Shown in pieces: positions 63,292-64,000 of a stretch of DNA of 64,000 bases. Each line of letters starts with the position of its first letter. Position 1 is the stretch's first letter. The position numbers and the translations under genes were made by a program. This DNA comes from a virus: IMG/VR virus record IMGVR_UViG_3300032315_001401, positions 1 to 64,000 of that record. One strand, given 5' to 3'. Below the pieces are notes generated by a model. That model ran no database searches. It saw only the letters and a list, made by a program, of their open reading frames with translations, and was not told the DNA's origin.

Positions 63292-63915
63292 TTAATTTAC
63301 ACCCTTAACTTTCCTTAACTTTTGTTTTGAAACAATGCCAGTAATTTCTTCTTTTGTTTTACCTTTAGATTTAAGATAATCCTCGTAAGTATATCCAGAT
63401 TTAATAAAATTGGATAACTCATCAAGTTTTAATTTATCTTCATTACTCACATAAAAGTATTTTCCTTGCCTAAATCTATTAATTTCGGCAATTATACACC
63501 AATTGGAAAGTGTTGTTGGACTTGTATATCCATAAATCTGCTTTAAATCGGTTGTCTTAAAAATTTTACTATTTAACTTATTATTGCCACAAACTCTTGG
63601 GGACGAATTTATATTAATACAATTTAAGTGTAATTTAAATTTTTGAATTAAATTTGTCTCATAAAAAATCATTTCATTTTCATTAGAAAAAATTTTTAAA
63701 ATGACCTTCTTACCATCACCATTAGTTTTATCTGTATAAGAACCAGTGTATTTTTTATCTTCATCTGGTTTGCAGTCACACTGACGAGACCCTATGTAAA
63801 AATTACCATTTGGAAAGAAAATTACATAAACATAATAATACATTATTTGCTTATATTCTTCCTGAATGTTGTTAATTTCAGTTAAAATTTCATTCAAAAT
63901 TTCAATCTCTTTCAT
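63292..63915 (-). CDS. GIY-YIG homing endonuclease with C-terminal HTH
   Basis: YVYV...FYIGSR, YTGS, YET.LI, CININ; very AT-rich. Confidence 0.8.
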   Translation of the reverse strand: MKEIEILNEILTEINNIQEEYKQIMYYYVYVIFFPNGNFYIGSRQCDCKPDEDKKYTGSYTDKTNGDGKKVILKIFSNENEMIFYETNLIQKFKLHLNCININSSPRVCGNNKLNSKIFKTTDLKQIYGYTSPTTLSNWCIIAEINRFRQGKYFYVSNEDKLKLDELSNFIKSGYTYEDYLKSKGKTKEEITGIVSKQKLRKVKGVN

Positions 63916-63918
63916 AAT

Positions 63919-64000
63919 TTAATTCACCCATTCTGGTTTTCTTTCTGGCATACGAAGATAATTAGATGCAACCCAAGGTTTGGATGCGATATACATCTTG
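63919..64000 (-). CDS. 3' end of a possible pyrimidine-dimer glycosylase-like gene (partial)
   Basis: KMYIASKPWVASNYLRMPERKPEWVN*; family assigned from memory of this C-terminus only. Confidence 0.45.
   Translation of the reverse strand, partial: KMYIASKPWVASNYLRMPERKPEWVN

Overview
Segment of a large T4-like cyanophage (myovirus) genome, AT-rich and almost entirely on the minus strand; a freshwater origin is an inference. In order: two tail-fibre-like genes (the first runs off the window); a photosynthesis module (a strongly divergent psbA followed by a late-promoter endonuclease gene, and two hli genes); a ~17 kb glycan-biosynthesis island ending in gmd and a truncated fcl; 27 tRNA genes read by eye, covering all 20 amino acids and interleaved with several structured non-tRNA RNAs, two HNH genes, dps and an SLH/beta-barrel gene; a lysis/cell-wall cluster; then T4 core genes (nrdB, nrdA, primase, cytidyltransferase, mazG, gp41, uvsX, gp43, hsp20, regA, gp62, dam, gp44). 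Best leads: (1) a D1 that keeps every Mn-cluster ligand but replaces many near-invariant residues; (2) a tRNA-shaped RNA with two T-arms and no anticodon loop, plus other folded RNAs inside the tRNA operon; (3) a tRNA-Leu(AAG); (4) T4-type capsid-targeting N-termini on a cytidyltransferase and two small basic proteins. All RNA folds, tRNA boundaries and family assignments are by eye; no searches were run.
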